Of a DNA stretch of 64,000 nt, positions 42,109 through 56,914 are shown piece by piece. Position 1 is the stretch's first letter; every line of letters begins with the position of its first letter. Below the pieces are notes generated by a model. That model had not been told where the DNA came from. It saw only the letters and a program-made list of their open reading frames with translations, and made no database searches. This DNA is from Octopus sinensis (lineage: Eukaryota): the NCBI RefSeq assembly GCF_006345805.1, contig NC_043008.1, forward strand, positions 29,946,001 to 30,010,000. The letters run 5' to 3'. A program made the position numbers and the translations under genes.

Positions 42109-45100
42109 CACACATTTATGCAGACATTCTCAAACACATACACTTCCCTTACAGATATGGCTTGTTCGCTCCTTTCAAAGTTTCGATAGCACTGAACTAA
42201 ATCTCTTACTACGTAATATTTACAATAGAACAGAGTGCGTATGTTAAGGTCTCACTTATAAGTAACCAATTTTTCCTTCCGAAGACTGAAACAGCAAAAT
42301 GCATCACAAAGTTATATTTCGGGAACAGTAGATATACACACATGTTGCAACTTTTTGCTAGGTCAACATTGCCTCTCATCTGTTAAGTAAAAAAAAGACT
42401 TCTAGCGAAATCAACATCATATATACTGATACAGTCACCCACGCATGACGACTCCAACCTGAATAGCGCTATACCCAAACGCATTAGTTTTGCTCTCAAC
42501 TGCACTATGCCTAATAGCTGTTCAAGATATTCTAATATATGTATATATATATATATATATATAGCAACCAACTATAAATTCTAACGACCACTTTGGTCAT
42601 ACATTAGAACACATATCAATATGTGTTTGTGCATGTATGAATGCATCCAAATATGTATACGCATATATATATATATGCATATATACATATATATATATTA
42701 AATATGTGTGTTTGTGTTTGTGCGTCTGTGTGTCTCTATATGTATGCGTGCGTGTGTGTGTTTATTTGCAGGCTGGTGATTGCGAGTAAGAATGTGTAAA
42801 TGTAAGCACATTTATACAGAGATGCCGATACACAAATAAATGCAGAAATTTATACACATATATTCCCAGACTTTTCTTGCTATATTTTCTCTTCAATTAT
42901 CAATAATGCCATGTTGATATTTAATATATCATTCATCACAACTCAGAATTTTATTGATACTCAGCTTGGAGAATATCGTAAAGGATCTGAAATAGACAGA
43001 GATGAATAGAAAGAAAGGAAATGGATGAGACAGAAAGAGTGAAGGGGAAAGATAAAAAGATAAAGAAATTTATTGAGGGATTTCATATATCAAAGCTAAT
43101 GAGATCACCAACCGCACGTCCATAATCCAATAACAGTATGACAGATACAAATCGATTTTCGATTCATTTCATTTTACTCATGTAGTGAGCTTATCACAAA
43201 GTCCAAACACACGATCACAAAAGCTGGCTGGCTTTTAAATATTTGTTGCCATCGTTTCATCAGTCTCTTACCGCATTTGCCTTTCATGATATTGTTAGGG
43301 TTTTGGATTTTCTATTTGCTTTTTTGTGTTATATTCTCTTTGAATTTCGAGAAACAAAAATATATCATTGATTCAAAGTTTGAATGTTTGCATGTATGAA
43401 TGGCTTGCAGTAATCAATTTTAGTGGCGTATAGTTAATAGTTACAATATGTTGTCGAATGGTTTTCATTGTTGGTTATCTTAATCTATATTTATTATACA
43501 GTATTTTCATTCTTTATTTTGAATCTTATATTGGTTTTTCACATGTTAATTCTTTCTTAAACGATTAATATCTAATATATCAGCAACTTTTAACACGCAT
43601 TCGTTTAGCAGAGACAATTCTGATATTGTATGACAAATTTAATTATATAAACATATTTGATGTTATATGACCCTTCCTTGGATACTGAAAGTGTTCATGC
43701 AAACCATAATTATTCCACTTATTTCTGCAATCGAATTACCGTTTATAGATATTGCGGTTCTCTTAAATGCAAAATATTGAAATTTTTAAATATTTATCTT
43801 CCTTTTTGAATCCCCAAACACAAAAACCAAATAAATATATAAGGACATATATGGAATACGAAAATATAATTTTTGTTTCTGAGTTGATGCAACTATTCAA
43901 TGTTAAGCTGATTCCTAAGAAGATTATTGCTTAAGAGAAATAAGCTAAAGTTCTAAAATTAAATGAATATTTTGTAACTGTGTTTCATGCATAATCTTTA
44001 TTGCAAAAGTAACTATTTTGAAACAGAAAATTATTATATGTAATTTCTATGAATATCTGTTTGACATGTTATTTATATTATGGAATGGATATTACATCGA
44101 GATATCCTTATATCTAATATTTTAAAATCTGAAATATTAAATATTATATAGTGTCATTTCTATTCATAGCAATATCATTTCCTAGGATATTAGTTCATCA
44201 AAATATGAAAATAATAATTTTCAACACAAATATGAGTTCATATTTTACCTCTAGAATATTACTCAATATCAATGAGGTCCTCATTTCGACTTGCCTTCTA
44301 GAAGAACAAACAATGTTATAAATTTGGAAACACAGTTTAAACATAGTGCTTCGATCCAGTACCCCTTTGTAGGTTCAATTTTACTCAATATTATTTTATA
44401 TTAAATCAATAAACGCTGTTGTTTAAATAATAACAGTTTAAATTAGTGTTTCACAATGTGGCATCATTAATTACGATTGACGTGAAAGTAAGTTCTGTAG
44501 CTCTGTATTTTGATATGGTTGTTACTTTACACTTTATACCGTCTTGGAAACTGATTCTTGTTTAGATTTTAGTAATGTAAAACTATCCACTTTCTGTTAA
44601 ATGAAAGCCTAAGGGAGCAAGTATGTTTTGTTACCAGAGATTTGGAGCAAACAAGCGAAAACAAACAATGTTATGTAAAAATAATATAAATATATAAAAA
44701 ATATTCGAGTAACAACGTAACATATTTCGAAGCGGTGCATAGGCTATTATGTAGCTATTAATATTTTATCATTTTATTTTTATTTATTTCTGCTTTGCTT
44801 TTTCGCTTTACTCTTCCGATCTAGCTGGTATTATTTTCACTTACATCCTTAAAATTCCAAATGAAATTAAATCACTATGATAATTTTCCGGTTCCAAATA
44901 ATATTTTCTTGTTTATGCTTATTTTGTTGTTGCTGTTATTGTTTATCCAGGAATTACTTCTGAAAAATTTGAGACTTGAGCAAGAACTTTGCAGCCAAGA
45001 TCTGAGCGAATGTATGATCAATGTATTTACGTTTTATTTAGACTGAGTTTCTTGGTTTCAAATATGCAATGATACTTTAAATGGAAAGTAGAAAGGCCAA

Positions 45101-45958
45101 AATTTGATTGCTAGTTGTATCATGACGAGTTTTTTCAAACATGTTCCATGACATATTAACTATTATATCATTAGCTACTTTCAACATTTAAACTATCACA
45201 TGTATCATTATTGTTCAGAGACGACTCAACTTTTAAAATATTCATTAGATTCCCGTTATGATATGGAGAGGAACCATTTAGAATCGATTCGAAAACAGGA
45301 TGGTGCGCTTTCTCCGCTATCATCAATGAAAACAATATCTCAGATGAAGAATATTTTAATCAAAATTTTAAAACGCTGAAAAGAGATACAATAAAGCATA
45401 CTTTGTGATATTACAATTTTTTTTTCTTTACAATTCCATTAACTTAAACAATTAAGAGATTCCTTTAATGACGGTGGGTTCTGGAAATATAAAGAGACAC
45501 TTTGTTCAGCTAGTGCCACTTGACTGGCACTCCTCTAAATGTCGAATTATCTTATTCTGTCTCGCATGTTTCTCAAACAGCACAGCAGAGCACCAAAATC
45601 GTGAAGAGAGTTCGAAGTGTGTAAAGGTCCATGAATAACACGCATTTCACTATGAATACTTAAACAAATTATATTTTTTCCCAAAGGAAACCACAAGTTA
45701 GATTCTGTTCTACGAAAAGAAAAACACATTTTATTTAGTTATGTAGTAATTGTGAAAGTGAGTTTCGAAAATAAGAATAGTTCGTTTCAATTAGTTTCCA
45801 GTTCTTCAATTTCTTTTAGATATATACATAATAGCAGAATGATTTTTGAATGAAATCTGTCAAAAATTTTTTAACATTAATTTTAAAGAGATATGTTAAC
45901 TTGTAAATATATATTTTTATATCATTTCAAGTTTCTCTTATGATTATCAGTGAGCGTG

Positions 45959-46007
<49 letters not shown>

Positions 46008-46988
46008 TGCACGTGTGTGTATGCATATTCTGTATTTTTGTGGTATCATTTCGGTGTCGTTGGAAGTGTGAAGTTGTTATAAATATGAAATTTATCCAGA
46101 GTAGAGGTACATATATAGTTTCGTTGTGCAATTAAACCCTATACATAAGACATGCGTAAGCTTTGATAAACTAAAATAAGGATATAACCGACTAGATATA
46201 CATATTGGATCGCTTGCCTAGCATTAAGTCTCGTCCTGTGTGACTACTGAATGGTTTTCATAGTGTTTATTGTTGAATTATTTAACGCTTTACCTCTGCA
46301 ATTTCCCTTTATGAGGCAAATGTCGATATCTACCATTTCGCTTGTTGACAGATTTTACGCGTCTCTTTTGCAATAGACTTTTCTCGTATTTGTTAATAGA
46401 AATTAACATATTCTATATGCTGCTATTCTGTGAACAGCTATATGCGGCCACTAGGGATATGTTCCCAAATCGAAGGGGCAAAATGCACAGCATCTATTAT
46501 TATATTACAAGGTTTGTGGTTAGCTATAATATATCTAATATTACTTTGTAGAAATGTTAAATGAGTACCCGATTTTATGTAATGAATATTAAATTATTTT
46601 CAAACATTTTGGATACATTTTTAGCACTACATGGGCATTTCATACATAAGAATCATGCAGGATCCTCAACGGATTATCATGATACTGACATTGGCTGAAT
46701 GTATTTAAAGATATATTCATTGATATACCTGAATCTTCCAAAAAAAAAAGCATTTGCTTATACCGAAAGAAGATTCAAATATATCAATATGTAGGTAATG
46801 TATTTTCTTATGAGGCACGAACTAAAATGAAACATGTTTAAGTGTATCCAAAAGTGTATGTAAGTGTATTTAAGTGTTTTTAAAAAAAAATTCTCCAAAG
46901 AAGTAATTAACTGAATTTGCCTATGATATAAACAAGAAAGTAACGACGGATACTCGGAAGGAAAAGTCCTCCACGAGTGTACTTACGT

Positions 46989-47192
46989 ATGTTGATTCGT
47001 TAGCTACTGCACGCATTTTTTCTCTCCTTCTTTCTGTGTTTTTCTCTCTCTGTGTATCTTTCTGTTGAAGAGCGTAGGCTCGAAACGTTAAAGACTTGTT
47101 TTATTTATATTTCCTGAGCGCCATACTAATACAATTGTTCGTTTGTTTTCCACCTGCCTTCGTCTTTTGTTTATTTTCAGAAAGCTTCCCGT

Positions 47193-47194
<2 letters not shown>
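46989..47194 (+). mobile_element. ~206-bp non-autonomous PLE/retrozyme-like element with hammerhead-like motif
   Basis: ATGTTGATTCGTTAGC...GCTTCCCGTTA then (TA)n; twin of 40891-41098. Confidence 0.8.
47057..47094 (+). ncRNA. Minimal type-I hammerhead ribozyme-like motif (A6U core variant)
   Basis: Stem I 47057-61/47090-94, core CTGTTGA 47062-68, extra A 47069, stem II 47070-73/47078-81, GAAA 47082-85, putative cleavage after 47089. Confidence 0.55.
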
Positions 47195-47239
<45 letters not shown>

Positions 47240-47461
47240 GCATATATACCCAGGTCTTGTTCTCAACTTCATAGACGGCGAAATAAAATATTATTTCAAC
47301 CAACAAATGCCGGGTAGCTATATTTAACAGGATTTAGTGTATTATGATAACACTATATGCTAATGATAATAATCATAATGATGATGATAATAATAATAAT
47401 AATGATAATAATAATAATAATAATAACAATAATAATATATACATATACATACATACATACA

Positions 47462-47510
<49 letters not shown>

Positions 47511-47534
47511 ACACATATATATATATATATATAC

Positions 47535-50400
47535 ACATATTTATAAACTCAAATTGTCTGTTTGGATGTCTGTCTGCGTCAAGTGCCGTTTACGAATTTT
47601 CGTGAAACTTAAGAAACATGTTAAAATAATATCCTGTTTGTTACTAGGCTCATTGAAGCTTAATAAAGCTCTATATTTGGATGTCTAGGGACCCTAGAAG
47701 GATTCTACATATATAGCCAACATATTTTCCTTTAAGAGCCAAGGGAACTAATCCATTCAGTTTGCTAGTCAAGGAAAATAACCCGTTCATTTTCCTTTGA
47801 TCACCCTAAACACTACCAAGCTCAAGGTTAATGATCATAGGATGGAAATTGACTACAGATGCATCGTGCCCTGCAACCCTTTGCTGTATAAATCATTGCA
47901 GGCCTATGTTAATATTGAGTCATGTAACTCTATAAAAAGTATTAAATATATATGTAAATATATCAATAAGGGCTCAGATATGGTGGTTTTTGAACTTGAG
48001 CAGGAGGCAATATAAATATAAAATTCAGCAATATAAGTTGAGCATGTATATTTTCTCTAACGATGGCTTCGAAATCCTCGAGAGGCATCCAACTCTGTAC
48101 ATCTTCAAAATGGCCAGCGTGTATATTTCACAGACGACAGTGCTCAAAAAGTATTTCTGAATCCACCAGAAACCTCTTTGACAACTTTCTTAAAATTATC
48201 CCAATGTGATGTTTTCCCGAACACTGTTGCATGTTGACGTTTCCGTGTATTCTACCTGGGCACACAATAGCTGGAACAGATGCAAGCAAGGAACAGCTGG
48301 GGAAATCATGCAGTCTTCAGAAGTGGAGCCATCGGCCAGGTGTACACTATGCACCCTAATCGGTAGGAGTGCTTCTTTCTGCGTCTACGGTTGCACACTG
48401 TCAGTCCTTTTAGGACACAATGGGGAATTCTACACGACCTACAGTGAAACCTGCACCAAACATGGACTACTGGAGGACGATACTCACTGAGACCTGGCAC
48501 TAGTCAACTGTGCCAGCTATTTTCTATCATGTTGATAACATGGGGCTTGTCTGAACCTCTCAAGCTTTTATCGACCCACAAAACAGCATGGCTGAGAACA
48601 TCCTACAAAGGATTCAAAGGCAAAATTCAGCAGAAATTGCCACGATCAATAACGCCTTTTACAATGAGATATTACTTGATCTGTACACCCGAGTGCACGC
48701 TATGGGAGGTCAAAGCGTTGCCACATTTGATCTGCCTCAACCGGGCAGGAAGCAAACAATCTCGCAATTCAGCACCTGCGAAGAACTGGGCTATGACATC
48801 GAAGAAATGACGGTGTATATATCTGATAACAAACACAAACTGAAGAAGGACCAACTGGGTGTTCAGAAGACCATTATTTTGAGCATTGAAAGTGAAAGAG
48901 GAGTTTTTTTCTTTCTGGATGTTCCAGGTTGAACTGGCAAGACATTTGTCATCAAGCTTTTTCTGACTAAACTGCGTCAAATGAAACACATACCATAGCA
49001 GTGACGTCAAGTTGAATAACTGCAACACTGCTAAGTGGTGGCCACAGCTCATTCCTGTTTCAAACTCCCTTCGGACCTGTCCAAGAGAAGGCAAAATGCA
49101 ACATCAGTCAAACTACTGAATAAATGCAAGTTGATCGTCTGGGATGAGGCGACAATGAGACATAAGGTTTTCTTTGAAACTTTTGACAAGGACCTTCAAG
49201 GATCTCAACACAACACCGGGCTCATGGGAAGTGCCAGTCTTGCTTGCAGGAGACTTTAGACAAACTCTTCCCGTGGTTCCAAAGGGAGCAAGAGCTGATG
49301 AGGTAAATGCCAGAATCAAGTCGTCCTACCTATGGAGCAGTGTGCAAAAGCTGAGATTCACAACCAACATGAGACTGCAGCTCAGTGGTGATGATGCAGA
49401 CAGAATCTTTTCAAAGAAATTGTTGGACGTAGGTAATTGCACATCAGTTGGTGAGAAGGATGGCCGGGTAAGCTTGCCTTTTGGATATATGGTATCTGAT
49501 TTAAAGGAACTAATAATTAAGGTGTTTGCTAACGTGAGGAATCAGTTTACAGACCACAACTGGCTGAGAACCCTTGCCATTTTAGCTCCCAAGAATGTGG
49601 GAGTAGATGATTTGAACATCAAACTTCTTGAACAGTTTCCAGGTGGGCGTCACATCTACAATTCCATTCACACTGTACTCAACATCGATAAAGCTGTAAA
49701 TTATCCAAATGAATTCTTGAATAGTCTAACACCACCCGGCCTCCCACCTAACACCTTCCACCTCAAGGTTGGGACACCAGTTATGCTGCTTCGAAACTTC
49801 GGTTCACCCACGCTTTGCAATGGCATACGGCTTATTATAAAGAAGACGATGCCAACAGTCTTGGAGACAACAATTTTGATTGGTAAATCGATGAGCCTCT
49901 ATTTATTTCTAGGATTCCATTTACTCCCTCGTATGTGCCTTTCCAGTACAAGCTGCTGCAATTCATGTTGAAACTGAGCTTTGCAATGATCATTAACAAG
50001 GCCCAGAGACAGTCCTTAGCAGCCCTGCTAAGTCTAAACCTCGCGGAACCTGTTTTCTCGCATGGCCAAATTTATGTAGGATGCTCAAGAGACGGAAATC
50101 CTAATGCTTTGTTTATTTATGCGCCGCAAGGAAAGACCAAAAATGTTGTTTATCAAGAAGATCTGCAAACTTAATAACACTCCCAAAACCATCAGGTATT
50201 AATTATCTAAGTGTAATATTTGTAAGTGTTGTAAATGTATTGATAATCTACGATATTTTATTTTAATCTATATGCAAATTTATTTGTGTGCCAACTGAAA
50301 ACTAAATGTCAGCCTATTTCCACATTCATTTGTAAATCTATTTCAACACTAGCGCCCCTAAGGCTTTTATTCTCTGGGGGCGCGCAAAAGCCCTTTTCTG
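47535..50400 (+). mobile_element. Helitron, internally deleted, non-functional
   Basis: Helitron-like 5' end (ATAAACTCAAATTGTCTGTTTGGATGTCTGTC) followed by RepHel remnants; exact ends uncertain. Confidence 0.85.
47797..50174 (+). pseudogene. Helitron RepHel (HUH Rep plus PIF1-family SF1 helicase) pseudogene
   Basis: Rep: IVPCNPLLYKSLQAYVNIESCNSIKSIKYICKYINKGSD (YxxKY). Helicase: LDVPG*TGKTF, LIVWDEATM, LAGDFRQTLPVV, LAPKN, LKVGTPVMLLRN..LCNG, FAMIINKAQRQSL, FSHGQIYVGCSR. Many stops and frameshifts. Confidence 0.93.
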
Positions 50401-50810
50401 AGTCATTTACTTTGAATTGTTATTACCTCATATCAGATTAGCCTGTTATTACGTAACGCTATTCATTATTTTGGTATACATACCTTACTAGTATTTTCTC
50501 CTAAATTACATATACTCTGGGAATGCATTAAAACACTTTTCTTGGCTATTTGAATTCTTACTATCGGGTAACTAATTTCATGTCCTTACGTAACTGACTT
50601 CACGATTTGGTTATTCATAACTTATTGGGATTTTTCAAAATCAAGACCCTATATAAGACAGTTCGGTATTTTCTGTAAATGCACAGAACAGTTTTACGGG
50701 TTACATACTTTGTATCGTTGTTATTGGATTTGCGGAACAATAATGAGAACGGAACGAAGGGGTAAACCCCGCTTTTCCAGAAATTACCGAGTACATCAGG
50801 TAGTATATAT

Positions 50811-50906
<96 letters not shown>

Positions 50907-53476
50907 GTATAAGAGTGTGTATAATGTAGCTGTTTATGATTTACGAGTGTTTATTTCGTGATAATTGCAAGTACCGCCTTAAATTGATATGAGCCTCACA
51001 GTTTAGATTTTAAACTATCCTTTTTGTCACCAGCAATGCTGTAAACTATTTGTCTACATATGCTTGTGCATATCTTTGTATGTATGTGTTTGTATTTGTA
51101 CGTATGTAGATATGTGTACGCATCAAGCGCTTTTAACTAGTTGTGCAAGGATAAATACTCAAAACATAAACGCTGTAATCATTGAATATGACACTACCAA
51201 GCTTTATTCATTGCATCTTCTTATATTCGTTTTTCTTCGGGTGTCAAATGTTTTACGTTAGAAATATGTATTAGAAGCAGCAGGAGGTGATGCTAGTTCA
51301 TAACCGATTCATTGGATAATCTACATGTTTCTGCTATCCATACATAATATAGACACGTTTTGAGATGTGATGCGAAACGTGATGAACGTTTCAGTTAAAA
51401 AGGAAAATGACTCAAGAAACACTTTTCTTAATTTGCGGTTTCTGTTTTGTTTTATTGTTTGTTCAATGAAAACATCATGAAAGGAGTTGAGTCTGATTGG
51501 TATGTAGAAAATATTTCAATTTCAAGTGTCAGTATTTGAAAATTTGATCTGCTATTCTTAGTATGTGTCGACACATATATCTTTTCAATTCGAGTGTGAC
51601 TCAAACAAGAATATACTTGACAAAATAGTTTGAAGTTATTCATTTATAAAATAAGGGTACTGGTTTTTACTCTTATAAATATACTTGCGAAGCAAAGACA
51701 GAATTTTTCAATTTTTCAATATTAATAATATAGTCATTATTCGTTTTCCATTTCCTAACTTCTATATTGTTTTCTTAGTTGTGTATCTAATATATCTATT
51801 CCCTTAATATATTTTCTCTCCTGCGTTTATTGGTAGTAACTGTTTTTGCGTTGTTGTAGTCTGCCTTGTCTTCAAATATATTATTATATATATATATATC
51901 CTCACACCATACACAGAATTCAACGTAGTTGCCGCTCCCCCACTCCGTTTCATTGAACTACAGCCTATAACTTCATCAGTGTTTATCGTCCTAGACGTAG
52001 TTTACAATCTCATTTCGTTTTTGCTAATTCATTTTACTTTTGTTATGCCAAATTTTGTTTGGTGTCTTAGAGTCTGGTTTTCTAATGGCTATTATCATCC
52101 GTTTGTTTATATTCACTTATTTATGTATATAGTTAGTTATCGAAACTATATATAATCAAAATCAATTTATTAGACGTTGAAAATATTCTCAAGTTCAGTA
52201 GTATAGGTAATTTAGATACTTCCAGCTTTAATATTCTATACGTGTTTCCTTTCATATTTACTCTAAACTGTAATCGTTACAAAATTTTTAGATCCTTCAA
52301 ACATTGTAGACGTTTTTATTAACCTCTGCTTTGCCCTGATTAGGCAGACGCATGATCAAAGAATCTTAGTCCCCGGGCATCCTGTGGTTTTGTTTACTTA
52401 TCTCGTGTATCATAATTCTTGAAAGACGTTGTTGTTAGGATATGGTCTGAATGAGATTTGTCAGTTAATTTTAACAGACCAAGCGTGGTCTTAAAAGGTT
52501 AACTCAATGACCCGGTATGTTACAGGAAATACAACCTAATGATTCAGGAAGTAGTATGTGTGTGTATATGTGCGTGTGAGCGTGTGTGTGTTTATTTGTG
52601 TGTGTGTGGTTGGGAGTCACTTGTAAAAGTAACGTCTCTACAAAACTAGAGGAAAATCCTGAAACACGAAACTGATATTTGTCGGATTCAAGAAAAAGTG
52701 CAATTGCAGTGCGAAGTGTAAAAAAAAAATGATGCTGGGTTATCGCTTTCATCAGGAAGTCATTAAAAGGGAAAACAGTGTGATGCAGTCCCTTGCTTCA
52801 TACGCAACAAATTGAGGAGAAACTGAAATAAATAGAATTTTTATACTATTGAAAATTGTTACACTGTTCTTATTGAAATATATTCAGTAATTATTTGAGA
52901 ATTTGTTCCGTTGTTTTTTTCTTTTTACGCCGGGGTCAAATTTGCCTTTCTTCATTTCCTGATTGATAAGATAATGTACTAATAAAGTACTCGGATCGAT
53001 ATACTCGACTGCACCCTGATTCACAAATTTGAGTCATTTCGTATTTGTGCTGAAGTGGTGGAAGTGCTTGGTGATCCGAAACTACAAATATATAATATCC
53101 TATAACGCACATTTTTGACACTGTGACTATAGGAAATATGCAATACGGAATTACATGATACATACATTCAACTAACGATATTGTGTTCAAAGGATAATTA
53201 AGTATTCACACCGTTTGGAAAAGGAACACGCACAAATGAAAAAGAAACACATTCAAATTCTGTTTACAAAAATACAATTGTCATTATTTTACAAAAGGTA
53301 ATATATGCAAAGAGGAACTGTATGTCATTATGAAAAAAACGTTTGGAGGTTAATCAATAAATGATGAGAGGTAAAAAAATTGGACAAATGTTCATAAGTT
53401 TTACTCTCGATTCATTTGAAACTGTTTATTACGATTTTGATGCGTATTAGTTAGGTATCCAAAATAAATATCATAG

Positions 53477-53533
<57 letters not shown>

Positions 53534-54474
53534 AATGTATGTATGCATGTATGTATGTCAACTGCATTAAAGAACAGAATTGGAAGCAAAGCATCAATCC
53601 AATAGTCGGTGGTGCATTGATTATTTTTTATTGATGTTATTGTGCGTCAATGAAACGTTATATTTCTAACAGTCGTAATCCAATTAGGTTCATTATATCA
53701 ATTTCCCACACGACCCGCATGACTTTTACTTTGTACTTTCCTGAAACATCTATCAAATCATGTAAGGAGAAGTAATTATGAGGATATGGCATTTGAATGT
53801 TCTAATTTAATGTTTGATTTTCAGGAAAATTCTACTATTTTCATACATTATATCCTTTAGTACCAAATTCTTGTTTGTGCAACTATTTTTGTCATGTTGG
53901 TTTCCAAAGGACACATTAAAAAAAGGGATTCCCACAGAAGTGTGAATTACTATTGATATGAAAAGTATGGTGGTGGTACATCTCTGTCGTTCGACGAGGA
54001 GAACTGTAGTGGTTGATTAACTAAATTATCTGGACCTTCATTAAAGTGTGACTGAGCGTTCCATAGACAAGACTACCTTTTAACATTATTCTTACACAGA
54101 ATCAGGGTCACAACGTGACTAGCTACGTTGAAGCATTTGAATTACAGTTATAATCGATTTACCAGCTTCTACACAATGTTTGTGCATTTCAACTGCAATG
54201 TATGGACACTCCAAGTTATAATAGAGGAATTTGCGTCGTCGTAAGGACATAGTGCGCACACGTAAAACAAACAACCATATATAAATACACACATTGGTAT
54301 AAAGATGTATATATATATATATATATATGTGTGTGTATGTGTGTGTGTGTGTGTGTGTGTATACGTATGTATATATTTGTGTATATAGATAAATTTATAT
54401 AGTTAGATAGACAGCCTGTTAGATAGGCAGATGGATCGATAGACAGACAGATTGATAGTTAGATAAATAGATAA

Positions 54475-54513
<39 letters not shown>

Positions 54514-54609
54514 CACATTTATATATAATTATATGTATGATTATTAAAAGAAAATTGAAACAACCGTATTTTAATGAAGTAATTTAAAATAAATATCATG
54601 TAGTATTAT

Positions 54610-54644
<35 letters not shown>

Positions 54645-55271
54645 CTTTTCGTCTTTTAATACAATTCTATATCATTGCGGGGCTATATTTTAATTGTTCT
54701 GAGAGTAAATTGAAGAAATGTAACTATTTTAATTTAGCGTTTCTGTCAAGTCTCAATGATGCCATCTTTCCTATTTCATTATTCATTTTTAAGTTGCAGA
54801 CCTATGCAATTTCTTTATATTTTGCTCTTTTATATGTTTACAGCAGTAAAAAATAGACGGTAGTGGTTAAAACATTATAGTTAGCGTTTTTATGCTTAAA
54901 ACAATCAACGATGTCTAATTACGTGGTTATTACGCATGTTAATTGATCGTGAAGATTTAAAATTCTATAGCCAACTGAATAAATTTCAATAGAATTTTCT
55001 GATTGTTCATCAATTCTCTAATATAGCAGTATGGTCAACCATTGGATAAAGCAAAAATTGGTGCTGTACTAAACACTGCTAGCGCACACAAAGACTGTAT
55101 TTCAGATAATTTGTATATAGAAAGTTTCTTAGTATGTAGAACAATTACACAAATTGAATTAAAAAGTAGTAAGAATATATTCTGTGCTTTGTATTTTATA
55201 TGATTCATAGTGATTATATATCTCGTTACTGCATTTTATGATGTATGTGGAACCTAAAATATAAATATTAG

Positions 55272-55492
55272 TTTCAAGTTTTCGCACAAAGCCAGCATTT
55301 CCAGGGGAGAGCTAAGTCAATTACATTGACCCCCACCCCCAGTGCTCAACGGATACCTATTTTAGCGCCCCCCCCCGAGAGAATGAAAGGCAACGACGAC
55401 CCCGACGCAATTTGAACTCGACGTAAACATTAGTGAAATTCTGCCAAGGATTTCGACCGGTGTGTTAACCGTTCTACCAGTTCACCGCCTTA
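55272..55492 (-). mobile_element. SINE family B
   Basis: GCACAAAGCCAGC..GAATGAAAGGCAAC..AATTTGAACTC..GTTCTACCAGTTCACCGCCT. Confidence 0.8.
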
Positions 55493-55527
55493 ACCTAAAA
55501 TTCAAACTGAATTTTAGCTAGCATACA

Positions 55528-55830
55528 TTGTTGTATTATTTAACTTGTTTTAGTCTTTGGACTACAGCCGCACTGTGGAACCACCTTGGAGAGTTTAGTA
55601 GAATAAATCGTTCCCCAAACTTATTTTTATATTTAAATACGACACGTCTTGCACTAGTTTCATTTTGCCGAACCGCTATCATACGGGGACGTAAACAAAT
55701 CTGTGTGTCGAACTATGGAGGGACAAACATTGACACAAAACACAGCATACATATATATAAAACGAGGTTCCGCAGTTTTTACCGAGTGAGTTTCTTCAAA
55801 ATAACTATCTGCGTCTACCTTTTAAGCACT
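55528..55830 (-). mobile_element. SINE family A, degenerate
   Basis: CATTTTGCCGAACCGCTATCATACGGGGACGTAAACA.. is the reverse complement of the family core. Confidence 0.8.
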
Positions 55831-56914
55831 ACCTAAAACCAGCTTTTTAAACCTGTTCTGTTTTATAGATCTTATTTTGCTAGAAAATTAATGTATTGCT
55901 TCTAAAAGTCTCCCTAAAATTGTTATGTAATTTTCAAATAATGTTCATTGTTGGCCTAATCCATATAATATAATGTCCCTTTCTAATATAGGAAGGTCTT
56001 AATTAAGGAAGATGTATCTGCTACTGCTAGCAAGTCAATCGATTTTGTAAAATTTCCATTCTTGACTCTTGTTTGTAATTATCTACAAATAGATATGCGA
56101 GCACTGTAGTGTTGAAAAATTTCATCCATGACAACATAATATGGTTTTGATTCCTCTGCTCGAATACACCACGACAATACCACTGGAAAACACTGTATAT
56201 GAGACATCAAGATTGCTTCTACATGGTTGTCTGATCCACTAGCAATTCACCGCGAAATCTCCATCGAATCACATTCTATAATCTTTAAAGTCATGAAACA
56301 TTTTGGTTAATGTAGTCATTTCAAGTGTCTTGCAACGTTATTTAAACTGCTTTAAATAATACACTTTCCCAGCGAGAGTAGACGTATAATAAGACAATCG
56401 ACACCAAGCGTTTACCTTTTTCTCTTCCAGAAAATTAAAGAAAATATCGATACAATAATTGTCCAGTTGTTTAATATCTAATCGACATAAAATCGTTAGG
56501 AATCGATTTTGAAAGCATTCAGGATTTATATTCTTTATCATTTTCCCCCTCGTTACTTGTCAATTCCTCTACTCCAACCAGGTTTCCAAGGAACCCTTTT
56601 CAGTTATGAGTTGTCGCAGTCTTTCCGCAGATATTGTCAAATTGGTTAATTAAATATAGTTTAAAATATTTAGCCGAGTCAGTTTTTCGCTTAATTATAT
56701 ATATTAATATGCATGCCATATTTAGATTACTGGCACTTATTGATAGTAAGAAGTTACGAGATAAATTACCTTGCAATATAGAATAGCAAGGGACAATGAA
56801 CAGGATCTTAGCTAGAACTGAGTGTCCTAAACTCTTTTTGTGGGTGCTGCTTAAAATTGCCCCACCACAAAATAAACAGATTTTTGCAAACACTTCAGCA
56901 TTCTTTTCTAACCT

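Noticed and set aside
49174-49971. 265-aa ORF as a host PIF1 helicase gene
   Set aside because: Intronless, frameshifted at both ends, Walker A contains a stop, and it is collinear with Helitron Rep remnants.
50346-50400. HDV-like ribozyme fold
   Set aside because: P1 and P2-like stems exist but there is no room for P3/L3, P1.1 or P4.
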